A DNA stretch of 64,000 bases. It comes from a virus. The notes below the pieces were generated by a model, which worked only from the letters and a program-made list of their open reading frames with translations, was not told the origin of the DNA and ran no database searches. Position 1 is the first letter of the stretch; the number at the start of each line of letters is the position of its first letter. Made by a program: the position numbers and the translations under genes. The stretch spans positions 32,001 to 96,000 of the IMG/VR virus record IMGVR_UViG_3300005096_000058. The stretch is one strand, 5' to 3'. This document shows, piece by piece, positions 38,901-47,402 of the stretch.

Positions 38901-39144
38901 TGGCGAAAAACGCGCAGCTGTTCCTCATCATCTCTAAGGTGAACGCGTCCCACGCGTCATCGCCGCCTTCCACGGCGGCGTGTGCACGTTTCTCCACGTC
39001 GTTCTCATCCCACTCGGGGACTGAAGCACTGAAGAGGTCACGAAAGCCTGCGGTGGTCACAAGGCAAAGACTGGCGGCGATCGTCTGGAAAGTCCAGACG
39101 TCAGTGCACTGTGTCGAGCATACCCGCCTTGCGCATAGACTCAC
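35941..39144 (-). CDS. terL: Terminase large subunit (intein-containing; true start may be GTG near 39060)
   Basis: APRNHGK|T Walker A, IVVDD Walker B, VVGTP, IGFDFA nuclease motif, HDDTVMA. Confidence 0.95.
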   Translation of the reverse strand: MSLCARRVCSTQCTDVWTFQTIAASLCLVTTAGFRDLFSASVPEWDENDVEKRAHAAVEGGDDAWDAFTLEMMRNSCAFFASEFLSGPIQAPYNGHFVVADHHMEWDDLVAEQDRICVLAPRNHGKCQVEGALINAADGRRIPIESWSGGEVIAYDEDTHKLVPTYAPASRRNGHKRCLEITTKTGRRVRVTENHPLRLLDRWLRADQLVVGQRIGVPRRLQTSASKTVDDAWLLGMLIGDGGLTGTGVTITVADAVTLGAVKQEAARLGWGLTRRPADPITYGLHANYAREGGPVQRMRALGLMGHTAHEKRVPKELFTASDTSIAEFLAGYLEADGTCALSGGGAVEFYSVSEQLLRDVQHLLVRLGVVAVLGRKKGKYLAKDHWSWRLTVRGQDVLRLAAQISLRGGKATQLAALVQMQEAKDPPHGPAIDRFPRDVWEQVEHSETWFRDRGHPRPTPQYEPTRAKLRAIAVAENNSELLALADADVLWDEIIAIEDIGEQETWSMHVPGLVNYVSDDVINHNTFYFDFAYPIWKAAYLPGGRGYIFSATQDQAVRILEDIKEEIESNPKLAFLNPKNKARNWSKTQITLANGHKIYARGYGTKIRGAHPDWIVVDDGLNDEDAYSELVRTKHIDYFYTAITNMVNPGGQVIVVGTPFHAADLYADLSTNKRYCYRKYAARDAEGKALWPERFCATKAERLRYLEQGIVVESLEEREIEIKSVRFTREFMCEPISDEMSLFPGKLFQGAPVEQIGVKMGQPRAYYEELGITSFYIGFDFAISTSTGADYTVGFVLGVDQFRNRWVIDIQRHHGLAYNQQKGLINALGQKYDADLIYLESNQMQRIFGDELIRETDLPIFKFVTSGTKKNNNSQPTGNTHTMNKNTLEGGVPQLRVLLENAKVRIPRGDRESVEKGDEWIKEMRHFTWLEGKLQGVGSHDDTVMAFWIANCAVRAGAFGFSFGDDDDLSLDELLEQQMAEPDSAALGNDPVGDLLKDWGGDVELEDAPKDAIKEFLQANLTVENLVGPKATRSASEAALVPDELLHPDELAWRHLPGLGNKDFEW
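37567..38766 (-). mobile_element. Intein with LAGLIDADG homing endonuclease in the terminase Walker A motif (400 aa)
   Basis: HGK|CQVEG...VTENHP...LGMLIGDG...LAGYLEADG...VINHN|TFY. Confidence 0.93.
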
Positions 39145-39376
39145 GCATGCGCTTGGCTACCGATCGCGCTTGAGCCTGGATCGTGGCTATATGCTTTGCG
39201 CTGATCTCAGACTCTTCGGCTGATTTGCGCCAGAACGCAGCGTTGGCCTCTGCTGCGAGAAGCTGAGCCTGCACATTGGGTTTCACCCCCTCGTGCTCGA
39301 ACTCAACAGAAAGCCGCACGAGGTCAACGCTGAGATGACCTCCGAGTCCTTGTTGTTCTCGGCCGTGTTGAGACAT
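39101..39376 (-). CDS. Hypothetical protein directly upstream of terL
   Basis: ATG at 39376 lies just downstream of a terminator; no terminase small-subunit motif recognised. Confidence 0.4.
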   Translation of the reverse strand: MSQHGREQQGLGGHLSVDLVRLSVEFEHEGVKPNVQAQLLAAEANAAFWRKSAEESEISAKHIATIQAQARSVAKRMRESMRKAGMLDTVH

Positions 39377-39392
39377 TGACCGGATCGTAACG

Positions 39393-39422
39393 AAAAAAGG
39401 CCGCAAGCGTAAACTTGCGACC
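39393..39422 (-). terminator. Intrinsic terminator
   Basis: GGTCGCAAG-TTTACG-CTTGCGGCC followed by TTTTTT. Confidence 0.8.
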
Positions 39423-39775
39423 CCTCCCCTCATGACCGGGTTTTACACCCCGGGGGAAAGCCCCGAAAGGCTATTGAAGCGGTGTGGGGGTACAAGCCCC
39501 ATCCTACTCCACCCGGGGCCTGCCCCCGGGCGCTCTGCGGCTTATCCACGGCCCGCGGACCCAAAGGCCCAAACACCGCACCAAGCCCTCAGCCCCGTCG
39601 TCTTTGGCAGGGCTCGCCGTTGCCGGCTCACCCCTCGATGGGACTGACCCTCACTAACCGGCCTCTATTTTGAGAGGATCGGCCAACTTTTGTTGTCCCC
39701 CGGGTCGGGGTGTTGCTATCCCCTCTAAGAGGGGGTCCCGTCAGCGAGTCGACTCGCTGCACAACGAGATTGTTG
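39393..39775 (-). ncRNA. Candidate structured non-coding RNA or late-operon leader
   Basis: No credible ORF; a run of about seven hairpins ending in a terminator. Confidence 0.45.
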
Positions 39776-39806
39776 TCTCAAACAACCGTGGTTGCTGTCA
39801 ACACAA

Positions 39807-40025
39807 TTAAGCGAGCGCGTGCTCGCCCGTGACCGGATCACCTTCCACACTGTCTGCTGGGATCTGCGCGCGCATTGTGCGCGTCTTGCTCCTGATCCGT
39901 GCGAGCACTTTGCGTTTCTCTTCCCGTGTGGCGTCGAGCTCGTCGGTGCTGGGGCAGTCGACGCTTTCGCCGTCTTGCTCCCCCTCGTCGTCGCGGTGGA
40001 ATAGCTTGGCCAAGAGTTTCACCAT
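39807..40025 (-). CDS. Small hypothetical protein
   Basis: 72 aa, AGGA RBS-like sequence; follows the holin-like gene. Confidence 0.5.
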   Translation of the reverse strand: MVKLLAKLFHRDDEGEQDGESVDCPSTDELDATREEKRKVLARIRSKTRTMRAQIPADSVEGDPVTGEHALA

Positions 40026-40041
40026 CGGAGTACGTCCTTGA

Positions 40042-40362
40042 TCATTTGTCGACTTTGGCCACCAGTTGGCCCAGTGATTTGTCGACGTTTTGGAGGGCGT
40101 GGATGATGTCTTTGTTGTCCGCTGTCTGATCGGTCACCAGCTTCGTGATCGTAGCCGTGCGCGCTTCGAGCAAAACGGCAGCCTCTTTGCGCATGCCGTT
40201 CCCCCACTTCCAGACGATCCCCACCACGCCACCCATGGTTCCGACCGTGCTGATCAGGATCACCTCAAGCGCGGTCAGCCCTGCAATAGCAGTGAGCTTC
40301 ACGGGCGGCGGTGCGTGCTGCGCAGCGACGTCAATCAGCAAGTAAATCAAAGATAGGTCCAC
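40042..40362 (-). CDS. Holin-like membrane protein
   Basis: Hydrophobic segment (VILISTVGTMGGVVGIVW) followed by a coiled-coil tail. Confidence 0.45.
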   Translation of the reverse strand: MDLSLIYLLIDVAAQHAPPPVKLTAIAGLTALEVILISTVGTMGGVVGIVWKWGNGMRKEAAVLLEARTATITKLVTDQTADNKDIIHALQNVDKSLGQLVAKVDK

Positions 40363-40573
40363 GATCCGTACCCTAGCGGGTGCCGGGTCAGACTGTCAGC
40401 TAGCGCACCATCGGCGCGCGGCCACTTCGTGCAGCTCCACGGAACTCGCGTCCGTGAGGCCCTTCAGCTGATCAGCCGCATTGAACAATTTCCAGACGGT
40501 GCCCGTCCAGAACGCCCAACCACCGGGGCCAGCCAATTGCCTGTGCCCTGGAACCGTGTCCTGCTCCACAACC

Positions 40574-40816
40574 TCACATCCAGTTGCGCTCACGCGTCAG
40601 CTCCTCATTCGCCTTGCCCGTTGCCGCGTCTACCCGTTCCAAGAGCTTGTCACTTTCGATCAGGCTGCCCGTGGGCATGAGTTTCAATGCCGCCACAAAT
40701 CTCTCCCGAAGCAGCTCCGTCGATTTCACCAGCTCCGCGCGCCAATCGCCTCTAATTTGGTCCTCTTCCATTTTGTCCTCCTTAGACTTCTTCCGGCTCG
40801 CCCGTCCAGACGCCAC
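40574..40816 (-). CDS. Small hypothetical protein
   Basis: AAGGAGG RBS before the internal MEEDQ start. Confidence 0.5.
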   Translation of the reverse strand: MASGRASRKKSKEDKMEEDQIRGDWRAELVKSTELLRERFVAALKLMPTGSLIESDKLLERVDAATGKANEELTRERNWM

Positions 40817-41375
40817 TCAGCGCCCTCGTGACCATGCCTCCAAAAATGTTGCCGAGCGCTACCCGGTGCTCCCACGGAATCTCCACGGGAGACGCGGGGA
40901 GCTCGGCGGGCTTAGCTGGCGTGTGGCAGGCGTCGGTACCTGGTAGGCGTCCGTCGTGCTCCTGCATGTGGGCCACAATGCCCCGGGAGCATTCGATCGC
41001 CTCGCGTTGGATCGTGACCGCCTCGACTTTGCTCATGCCGCCCTCTTTGACCAAACGACGCCAGACGCTGGCTAATTGCTCAGTGGCGGCGAGCGGTATC
41101 TGGGCAGGCACAAAATACACGCCGCCGTTGTCACCGATGAATTTGTCGACGACCTCCATCAATGCCGCGCTGAGTGCGTGCGCGCGGTCGTGCATCACGT
41201 CGAGAATAGCAACGTGCGCCTGCATGCAGCGTGCGTGTGCCGTGGTCACGTCCTCCTGCGCCGCTACGGGTTGACCGGCCTCGATCGAGCGGGCGCAGAG
41301 CGGGCAGGGCCCGAGATCCTCAAGGGCAAGTCCAGACACCAGCTTTTCCACGTCCAGTCCTTCAATGAAATTCAT
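40782..41375 (-). CDS. Hypothetical protein with CxxC...HxxC zinc motif
   Basis: ATG 41375 overlaps the upstream stop; CPLC...HARC. Confidence 0.55.
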   Translation of the reverse strand: MNFIEGLDVEKLVSGLALEDLGPCPLCARSIEAGQPVAAQEDVTTAHARCMQAHVAILDVMHDRAHALSAALMEVVDKFIGDNGGVYFVPAQIPLAATEQLASVWRRLVKEGGMSKVEAVTIQREAIECSRGIVAHMQEHDGRLPGTDACHTPAKPAELPASPVEIPWEHRVALGNIFGGMVTRALSGVWTGEPEEV

Positions 41376-41992
41376 GAGGTGCTTTCTGCGAGGACGAACG
41401 TGCCTTTGGGGCCGAGCACTTTCTCGCCGGGGAAGCAGCTTTTGAGTGCTTCGTAGATGTCGCGTTTGATCTTCGGGGTGGATTTGACCGCCCACCCCTT
41501 CCAGATCGATTTCTTAGCTTTAGTCGGCTTGTCTAGAAAGGCCCATAGGGCTTTGCGATCTTTCCACGGCACGCAGTTTTTAAGCTGATAGTTAAACTTC
41601 GATGTGGCGGGACCAAAGGGCGTCTGGACAATGAGCACGGGGAAGACCTCCTCCCCGTGAAACTTCATCTCTGTGGCTGTGATCACGATCGTCTTCTTGG
41701 TGAACCGTTTGCGCACAATGTCGGCGAACAAGGGGAAGCCCAGTGCAGACACTTGATCAGCGAGCTCCAATTTCTGCGCGTTCGCGGTGGAGTCGAGGGC
41801 GGCAATAGCCACAAGCTTGTTGGCCTCCGTTCGCTGCGCCTCAGAGGCACCAAGATCTGCCGGCAGATATTTGTCCCGGCAGACGGGCCCGATCCCCAGC
41901 TCCACCGACACCGCGTCTAAGAGCGTGCGCCCGCAGCAAATGCAGTTAGACGCGGCGAGCTTTGCTACTTTGGCTTGCTCGTACCCCATCAC
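41372..41992 (-). CDS. DUF6011-like zinc-finger protein
   Basis: CICCGRTLLDAVSVELGIGPVC signature. Confidence 0.7.
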   Translation of the reverse strand: MMGYEQAKVAKLAASNCICCGRTLLDAVSVELGIGPVCRDKYLPADLGASEAQRTEANKLVAIAALDSTANAQKLELADQVSALGFPLFADIVRKRFTKKTIVITATEMKFHGEEVFPVLIVQTPFGPATSKFNYQLKNCVPWKDRKALWAFLDKPTKAKKSIWKGWAVKSTPKIKRDIYEALKSCFPGEKVLGPKGTFVLAESTS

Positions 41993-42288
41993 CCAACCTC
42001 ACTGCCGAGGCGAAAAGGACCGTCGACCCAGCCGGTGCGACCATCCGATAGTTGCACCTCGGTAGTGCTACCAGACTGCGAGAGTATCCTTGCGCGACAA
42101 TCAAAAAGCCAAGAACCTGGGCCGTCAGTGTCGTTGGGCGCTGATTGGAGGAGGAGTTCCGACACATCCACCTGGCTGCCTGCGGGCAGGATAGGTAATT
42201 CAGGGCACCAGGCGTACCAAAGGTTCTCAACTTCTAATAGATCCAAGATAGATGCGGTGTGGGCCATGCGGGGCTCCTTCGTGCTCAT
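41989..42288 (-). CDS. Hypothetical protein
   Basis: First gene after the promoter at 42295; ATG 6 nt from the -10 box. Confidence 0.55.
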   Translation of the reverse strand: MSTKEPRMAHTASILDLLEVENLWYAWCPELPILPAGSQVDVSELLLQSAPNDTDGPGSWLFDCRARILSQSGSTTEVQLSDGRTGWVDGPFRLGSEVG

Positions 42289-42294
42289 GAGTTC

Positions 42295-42333
42295 ATTATA
42301 CACGCAGGCATATAGCTGTCAAGACATATGTCT
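42295..42333 (-). promoter_or_regulatory. Sigma70-type promoter with palindromic operator
   Basis: TTGACA-N16-TATAAT; AGACATATGTCT at 42322-42333. Confidence 0.85.
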
Positions 42334-42345
42334 AAGTTTGTTAGA

Positions 42346-42534
42346 TCAGCCTTCAGTTAAAAAGTAGCGGGTGGGTGTGCCGGCCTCGATGGAGAGTTCT
42401 GGGATAAACCCACCATTACCCACCCAGTCAGTGAGATTTTGAAGGGCTTCAGTGAGCTCCTCACGGACGCCGTCTGGATGATCTACGTCCGTGAGGAGGT
42501 GGAAGATGAGGGCGAGCGTAGCGTTGGGGTCCAT
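42346..42534 (-). CDS. Small hypothetical protein
   Basis: MDPNATL... 62 aa with GGGAG RBS. Confidence 0.6.
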   Translation of the reverse strand: MDPNATLALIFHLLTDVDHPDGVREELTEALQNLTDWVGNGGFIPELSIEAGTPTRYFLTEG

Positions 42535-43095
42535 TTATTTACTCCCTAGTTGTTGGCGACGTGCTCCTCGGGAGGGATCCCAGAACCAAACGTGCCGTTG
42601 TTTCGTCGAGACTAAAGCCCCATACGGCAGGTCGGATTCGCTCTTGCCGAATACCTCACTGCGGCTGCGGGCGGGCTCAAAGATCGCTGAGAAGTTGGAG
42701 ACGAGGCCGCCATAGCAAATAGGGTGCGTGCGAGTGGCTAACACCGCTTCATAATCGTGGGCCATTTGCCTCCAAAAAGTATTGCGTAGGTCGCTGACCA
42801 GATCCTCGACCGGGCCGACACGTGCCCAGCAAAACGCAGACGCCCACTGCAGCCAATCCGAAGTGTGATCAGCATAACGCTTGGTTAGTCTGAGTTTTCG
42901 GGCGCGAGCTAACTTCTCTTTGTGAGACTCTTCTCGATCTGTGTGTTCAACCAGCACTTCCTCCGGGCCATTAAAAAGACGGCGGCGCAGAGCTAAAAGC
43001 ATGCTGCGGTACTCCTGGTTGAGGCTGTTTTCCCAGCGACAGTATTTGTGATCCAGAAGTTCGCCAGCCAAATAGTGGTGCTGTGGGTGCGTCAT
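42535..43095 (-). CDS. Hypothetical protein
   Basis: 186-aa translationally coupled ORF. Confidence 0.55.
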   Translation of the reverse strand: MTHPQHHYLAGELLDHKYCRWENSLNQEYRSMLLALRRRLFNGPEEVLVEHTDREESHKEKLARARKLRLTKRYADHTSDWLQWASAFCWARVGPVEDLVSDLRNTFWRQMAHDYEAVLATRTHPICYGGLVSNFSAIFEPARSRSEVFGKSESDLPYGALVSTKQRHVWFWDPSRGARRQQLGSK

Positions 43096-43367
43096 TGGTC
43101 ACACACGCGGTAGGCATCAATCAGCGCGTGGATGGGAGATTCGTCTGGACGGTTGGGTTTAAGGCCCAGCTGCTCTGTGATCTCTTCCTCGGCCAGACGC
43201 TTAACCTGCACCTCGTGCCTAAGCGCGTCGAGGTCACGCTCCATCTGGACAATCTGATTGACCAGGGCGTCGCCGTGTTCGTCCCAACGGGGGCCATCCC
43301 AGCGCACCTGCAAACAAAGCTTCCAGACTTTCTTTCGCTCTTTCACGGTCTGGTCGGAATAGGTCAT
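43092..43367 (-). CDS. Hypothetical protein
   Basis: 91 aa, GGGGA RBS. Confidence 0.5.
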   Translation of the reverse strand: MTYSDQTVKERKKVWKLCLQVRWDGPRWDEHGDALVNQIVQMERDLDALRHEVQVKRLAEEEITEQLGLKPNRPDESPIHALIDAYRVCDQ

Positions 43368-43527
43368 GGTTCCCCCTTAATGTGCCCGCCGCTGCGTTCC
43401 AGCTCGGTGATCTCATGTGCGAGTTTGGGGTGTGTGGTGCGGAGTAGTTCACGGAGTGCTCTAAGCGAAAAGCCCTTCACGTCAGCCTCCGACCAGTCCA
43501 AAGCTTTAGCTATACGGGTATGCAGGC

Positions 43528-44109
43528 TCACGCTTTGCTCCGGGTGAGGCCAGCCAAGGTGTGGCGGGCGGTGGTGCCGGCGTAATGGGCGGCCACCGAC
43601 TCAACCCCATCCTCGAATTCGTCGTAGTCGAAATCACCCTCGACAAGTGCCTTAAACAGCTCTGCGTTGAGAAGCTTGGCTAGCGCGTGCCGGGTAGCGA
43701 GACAAGCCTTGTAGACTTTTTCTGCAGAACGGCTGTCATCGTCGTAACCAAGATCGCTGGCCCAGTCCTCGAACGGTTGGTCCGTTCCAGATGCGTCAGA
43801 AACGAGGCTGAAAAGCACGTCGTCGGCTGTTGGTGGTTCAAAGTGCGCGCTCCCTTGGGAGAAGGTCTGCGCCGCCATCAGCCTGCCTTGGAACACGAGC
43901 GTGCACGCCCAATGTGATCCCCCCTTGAACGTTTCGTGCCGTTCGGCCGGAAGGGCATCGCCTTCCAGACGGCGAACAACCAAGCAGACTTTCTCCTTAT
44001 CCTCGCCATCACGGATGCCTGCGGGGAGCTCCTGATAGGCCGCAGCCATGTTGGCCTTGTTCTGCTCGAAATCGTAGATGGTGCGGGGGTTGTGGGTGGT
44101 GTTGAACAT
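43528..44109 (-). CDS. Phage hypothetical protein
   Basis: PTADDVL.SL..DA...FEDWASDLGYDDDSR motif recalled from phage early genes; GGAG RBS. Confidence 0.65.
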   Translation of the reverse strand: MFNTTHNPRTIYDFEQNKANMAAAYQELPAGIRDGEDKEKVCLVVRRLEGDALPAERHETFKGGSHWACTLVFQGRLMAAQTFSQGSAHFEPPTADDVLFSLVSDASGTDQPFEDWASDLGYDDDSRSAEKVYKACLATRHALAKLLNAELFKALVEGDFDYDEFEDGVESVAAHYAGTTARHTLAGLTRSKA

Positions 44110-44136
44110 TGGCGGCTCCGTTTGGTTGATAGAGAC

Positions 44137-44176
44137 AGCCTAACAAGCGGGCATATGGCTGTCAAGACATATGTCT
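44137..44176 (-). promoter_or_regulatory. Sigma70-type promoter with palindromic operator
   Basis: TTGACA-N17-TAGGCT; AGACATATGTCT at 44165-44176. Confidence 0.8.
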
Positions 44177-44191
44177 GTGTTTATTTTCAGA

Positions 44192-45238
44192 TCACCAAAA
44201 TAAAGTTGCAGCACGTGGTTGTGGTCGGCGGGCTAGGAAGGCGGCCACGAACGCTGACGCTTGCGGAGCCACGATGGCGTTTCCGTAGGCGCGCAGGCGT
44301 CCCACTCGATTGGTAACCCCATGAGCCAACGGGAATGTGCCGGGTTCAACTGGCCGGGCTTTTCCGTCTGAGCACCTGAGCCACTCGGCTCCAGCCCAAG
44401 CACCATTTGTTTCAGCGCTTGGTCGCCTTGTCGGTTCGGAGGGGGCTGTGCGCCCGTCCCGTCGTTGGCCCTCGGGGTGGGCCAACCCTGGACCGTCTGG
44501 ACTTGGAGGCTGAGGCTGGTAAGGCTCACGCCCAACTTTGATCCCTTCTGAATCGCCCGCCGTTTGCGCTCCAGAAATTGCTCCGGGGTGCCTCCCGCTT
44601 CGCGGGCTGCCGGCGTGGCCCAGGTTGCCAAGGCCGCTGAGTGTAGGTCTTGTGGGCCGCCCTTGCGGGCTGTCTCGCGTGCCGCTCCTGCGGCCGATCG
44701 GACGTTCTTGGTGCCGGCCGGCGATCTCGTCGTGGGCCACCCAATAAAGTCGCTTTCGTTGGTGCGGGGCACCGAAACCACAAGCCGCGGTAACGCTCGC
44801 CCCGACGGCGTAGCCTCCACTTTCCAAGTCTGACGATACAAGGTCGAACCAAGCCTCTCCTGCTTTTCCCGCAACCTGCTCGCCAAAGATCGTGTGAGGC
44901 GCGCACTGTTCGACGAGCCAATGCCAGGAGGGCCAAAGGTGCCGCTCGTCGTCAAACCCAGCTCCTTTGCCTGCCGCGCTGAAAGGCTGGCACGGGCAGC
45001 TGCCTGTCCAGATGGGCCGGTCATCGGGCCACCCGGCATTGCGCAGCGCTAAACTCCAGACGCCAACACCCGCAAAGAAATGACATTGTACATAGCCTTT
45101 CAGATCGCTCGGGACGACGTCCTCGATGCTGCGCTCGTCGACGTCACCGTGGGCGATCTGGCCAGCGTCGATAAGGTTGCGCAACCACTGCGCGGCGTAG
45201 GGATCGATCTCATTGTAATAGGCTGAGCGCAAGATCAT
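44192..45238 (-). CDS. DNA cytosine-C5 methyltransferase, main polypeptide
   Basis: FFAGVG (motif I), SCPCQPFS (IV), EQV (VI), HQRKRLY (VIII), RLRAYGNAI (X). Confidence 0.93.
   Translation of the reverse strand: MILRSAYYNEIDPYAAQWLRNLIDAGQIAHGDVDERSIEDVVPSDLKGYVQCHFFAGVGVWSLALRNAGWPDDRPIWTGSCPCQPFSAAGKGAGFDDERHLWPSWHWLVEQCAPHTIFGEQVAGKAGEAWFDLVSSDLESGGYAVGASVTAACGFGAPHQRKRLYWVAHDEIAGRHQERPIGRRSGTRDSPQGRPTRPTLSGLGNLGHAGSPRSGRHPGAISGAQTAGDSEGIKVGREPYQPQPPSPDGPGLAHPEGQRRDGRTAPSEPTRRPSAETNGAWAGAEWLRCSDGKARPVEPGTFPLAHGVTNRVGRLRAYGNAIVAPQASAFVAAFLARRPQPRAATLFW
44233..45039 (-). CDS. Alternative-frame C5 methyltransferase subunit with W(P/A)T(P/T) repeats and motif IX
   Basis: Nested in the MTase gene in another frame; ends in [16 protein letters not shown]. 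Confidence 0.75.
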   Translation of the reverse strand: MPGGPMTGPSGQAAARASLSARQAKELGLTTSGTFGPPGIGSSNSARLTRSLASRLREKQERLGSTLYRQTWKVEATPSGRALPRLVVSVPRTNESDFIGWPTTRSPAGTKNVRSAAGAARETARKGGPQDLHSAALATWATPAAREAGGTPEQFLERKRRAIQKGSKLGVSLTSLSLQVQTVQGWPTPRANDGTGAQPPPNRQGDQALKQMVLGLEPSGSGAQTEKPGQLNPAHSRWLMGLPIEWDACAPTETPSWLRKRQRSWPPS

Positions 45239-45612
45239 TCCCCCTCAAAAGCCTCTAGCATGTCGCCAAAGAAGGCATAGACCGGGGCGTCCATGTCCAG
45301 CTTGGCGCGGTCGTAGCCACCAAAGCGTTCGTCAATCTTCTTGAACACGTCCATTCCTGGGGGCATCGGCGCGGATTTGGTCCCTGGTTTGTTCTCCAAC
45401 AAGGTTTTGGGGCCATACCGGTAGTAAACGCCGCCCCGAGGCTGCGGGTGTGCCCAGCGGGCTATCAAGCCCAGCAGGAGCAGCGCGCGCAAATGTCCTG
45501 AGGTGGTTTTGGGTGTCAGGCCGGTCAAGGTTGCGATCTCGCTGCTGGTCGCGGGCTGGTCAAAGGCCAGCGTGATGTTCAGGGTGGTGCGTAGTCCAGG
45601 TGTAAGTTTCAT
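45235..45612 (-). CDS. Winged-helix DNA-binding protein
   Basis: TSSEIATLTGLTPKTTSGHLRAL...GLI HTH pattern. Confidence 0.7.
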   Translation of the reverse strand: MKLTPGLRTTLNITLAFDQPATSSEIATLTGLTPKTTSGHLRALLLLGLIARWAHPQPRGGVYYRYGPKTLLENKPGTKSAPMPPGMDVFKKIDERFGGYDRAKLDMDAPVYAFFGDMLEAFEGE

Positions 45613-46835
45613 TGCGATCCTTCCTCAACATCAGCGCCGAGCTCGTGTGTGGTTTTCTCAGAGGTGGGGGCGTCTTGAGGTCCGCGCCAAAAGGGGTTGC
45701 GATACTTCCAGACGCGATCGATGCGGCCCTTGCCAGAAGCAAAGCGTTGCCAATGTCCAGACACCAGCGTGCGCGTGGTCAGCTGTGCGCGGGGGAGCGC
45801 ATCTTTCTCAGTGGCCGTGGTGGGCATCGATCGATCCACCTGGATCGTCTTGCCCAAGAGGATCCGGGGTTGGTGCACTTGTTGTTTGTGCTGGATCACA
45901 AGCTTTGCGCGCTTCTTGTTGCCCTTCTTGGGTAGCGTCTGGATGCGGGCCCAGAGGCGTGCAGCGGTTGCGTTGGCCTCGATGGCGTGCAGCTCAGCGA
46001 CAGGTGACGTCGTGTAGAAGATCAAATTCATGATCCAGCGGAACACGTTGACCCAAACGTCCGCCTGCCGATCCATCGCCGCTTCATCTTGCGGGAGGTT
46101 GAGATCTATGCGCGCTTGGTGTGACTGGCTGCGCATGTTTTCCAGCACAGAGGTCAGCGTGGCTGCAATCGGCTGGTCAGCGATCAACGGCACGAAGAAA
46201 TGCGAAAGAGAATCGTCGAGCTCATCGGTCTTGCCTGCAGCTGTGAGAAGCAGGCGCAAGCCACGGAACCCCTTGTGCACATCGGTGGCGACGTAGCAGC
46301 CTGTGACGTCGTGCCAGCCGGTGTGCCGATCGAACGTCTGGAATCCCAAGCTCTTGGGGAGCGTCACGTAGATCGTGTGGTAGGGCATCTGGAGGTCTGA
46401 TCCGGTGATCCCTCGCAGCTCTGTGAGGAGCAGGCGTTGTGTCAGCCCCTCGCTGGGCACGTAGGTCTGGCGGCCGGCTGCGCGGAAGCGGGCTGACTGC
46501 CAAGCGACCATCGCCTGCGTGACACACTCCCCTTCCAAGCCGTTGGGATCGAGTCCTGCGGCGTGCGCGAGCGCGGTGGTGGCTTGGTAGATCTCCTCCC
46601 CAGACAACGTGTTCTCCGACCACACATCGAAGGGCAGCGAGTCGGCGGTGTCCAGACCGCGTTGAGCCCACACGCTTTGCAGCGCGATCAGAGCTAACGC
46701 CCGATGTGGTGCGGTCTCAATCAGCTTGAGGGAGACACGACTGAGGGGGGCGTCTCCCCACTTTGTCGCGAACGCTTTGGCGAAAGGCAGCTGCGAGTCG
46801 ATCACGCGTTCGTAATGGTGTTGGTTCTGAGTCAT
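45609..46835 (-). CDS. Phage hypothetical protein, probably leaderless
   Basis: C-terminal LVSGHWQR...PFWRG motif; ATG 6 nt after the -10 box. Confidence 0.7.
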   Translation of the reverse strand: MTQNQHHYERVIDSQLPFAKAFATKWGDAPLSRVSLKLIETAPHRALALIALQSVWAQRGLDTADSLPFDVWSENTLSGEEIYQATTALAHAAGLDPNGLEGECVTQAMVAWQSARFRAAGRQTYVPSEGLTQRLLLTELRGITGSDLQMPYHTIYVTLPKSLGFQTFDRHTGWHDVTGCYVATDVHKGFRGLRLLLTAAGKTDELDDSLSHFFVPLIADQPIAATLTSVLENMRSQSHQARIDLNLPQDEAAMDRQADVWVNVFRWIMNLIFYTTSPVAELHAIEANATAARLWARIQTLPKKGNKKRAKLVIQHKQQVHQPRILLGKTIQVDRSMPTTATEKDALPRAQLTTRTLVSGHWQRFASGKGRIDRVWKYRNPFWRGPQDAPTSEKTTHELGADVEEGSQ

Positions 46836-46841
46836 GTTTGC

Positions 46842-46881
46842 ATGCTAATCAGCGGGCGTATGGCTGTCAAGACATATGTCT
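46842..46881 (-). promoter_or_regulatory. Sigma70-type promoter with palindromic operator
   Basis: TTGACA-N17-TAGCAT; AGACATATGTCT at 46870-46881. Confidence 0.8.
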
Positions 46882-46988
46882 GTGTTATTCTCAAAAAGAA
46901 AGCAAGACAACATCGCCTTGCTCCTTTCCGGGCCCCACACGACCCTGACAACTCTCAGCTGCAGATCTTAATCCCCAACGGGGGAAGA

Positions 46989-47402
46989 TCAAGGCAGATA
47001 TTCGACGGCGTGCCCGGTATTGATCAGCTCTTGGTTCAGGTTGATCCACTCACCCATGAGGTTCGGATGCCAGATAGTGCACAGCCAGCGGCCGTATTTA
47101 CCCGTCTTGTCCCGGTGGGTTTCAATGACGACTGCGGCACTGATCTGGACAAGATCCTCCAGCTCCTCCAGACCTTTGTAGAGCAGCCTGGCCTTCAACC
47201 AGTCACGGGCCGCGCGACCTTTGACCTTCTCCTCCTCATCTCCACGGAGTTCAGGCGTGTCGATCCCGAAAAGGCGCAACTTCTGCTTCGTCACCCAGGT
47301 ACCTAAGCCGAGGTCGATGTCGGCCGTCACCGAATCCCCGTCGTAGACCTTGGTGATGTTGGCGCGGTAGCGGTACAGCTGGTCGAGGATGTCCGTCGTC
47401 AT
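46989..47402 (-). CDS. Thermonuclease (SNase)-family nuclease
   Basis: VYDGDS, LRLFGIDTPE, GKYGRWL, INQELI-like C-terminal motifs. Confidence 0.88.
   Translation of the reverse strand: MTTDILDQLYRYRANITKVYDGDSVTADIDLGLGTWVTKQKLRLFGIDTPELRGDEEEKVKGRAARDWLKARLLYKGLEELEDLVQISAAVVIETHRDKTGKYGRWLCTIWHPNLMGEWINLNQELINTGHAVEYLP

Noticed and set aside
39101-39433. Confident terminase small subunit call
   Set aside because: Position fits but no HTH or TerS motif is visible, and the longer start would run through the terminator.
39393-39775. tRNA, tmRNA, RNase P or SRP identity for the structured gap; short ORFs 39432..39647 and 39482..39673
   Set aside because: No cloverleaf/CCA end or conserved signatures seen; the ORFs are Pro/Arg-rich, on the opposite strand and lack RBSs.
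44526-44936. A third overlapping frame in the methyltransferase locus
   Set aside because: Arg/Pro-rich with no methyltransferase motif; likely incidental.
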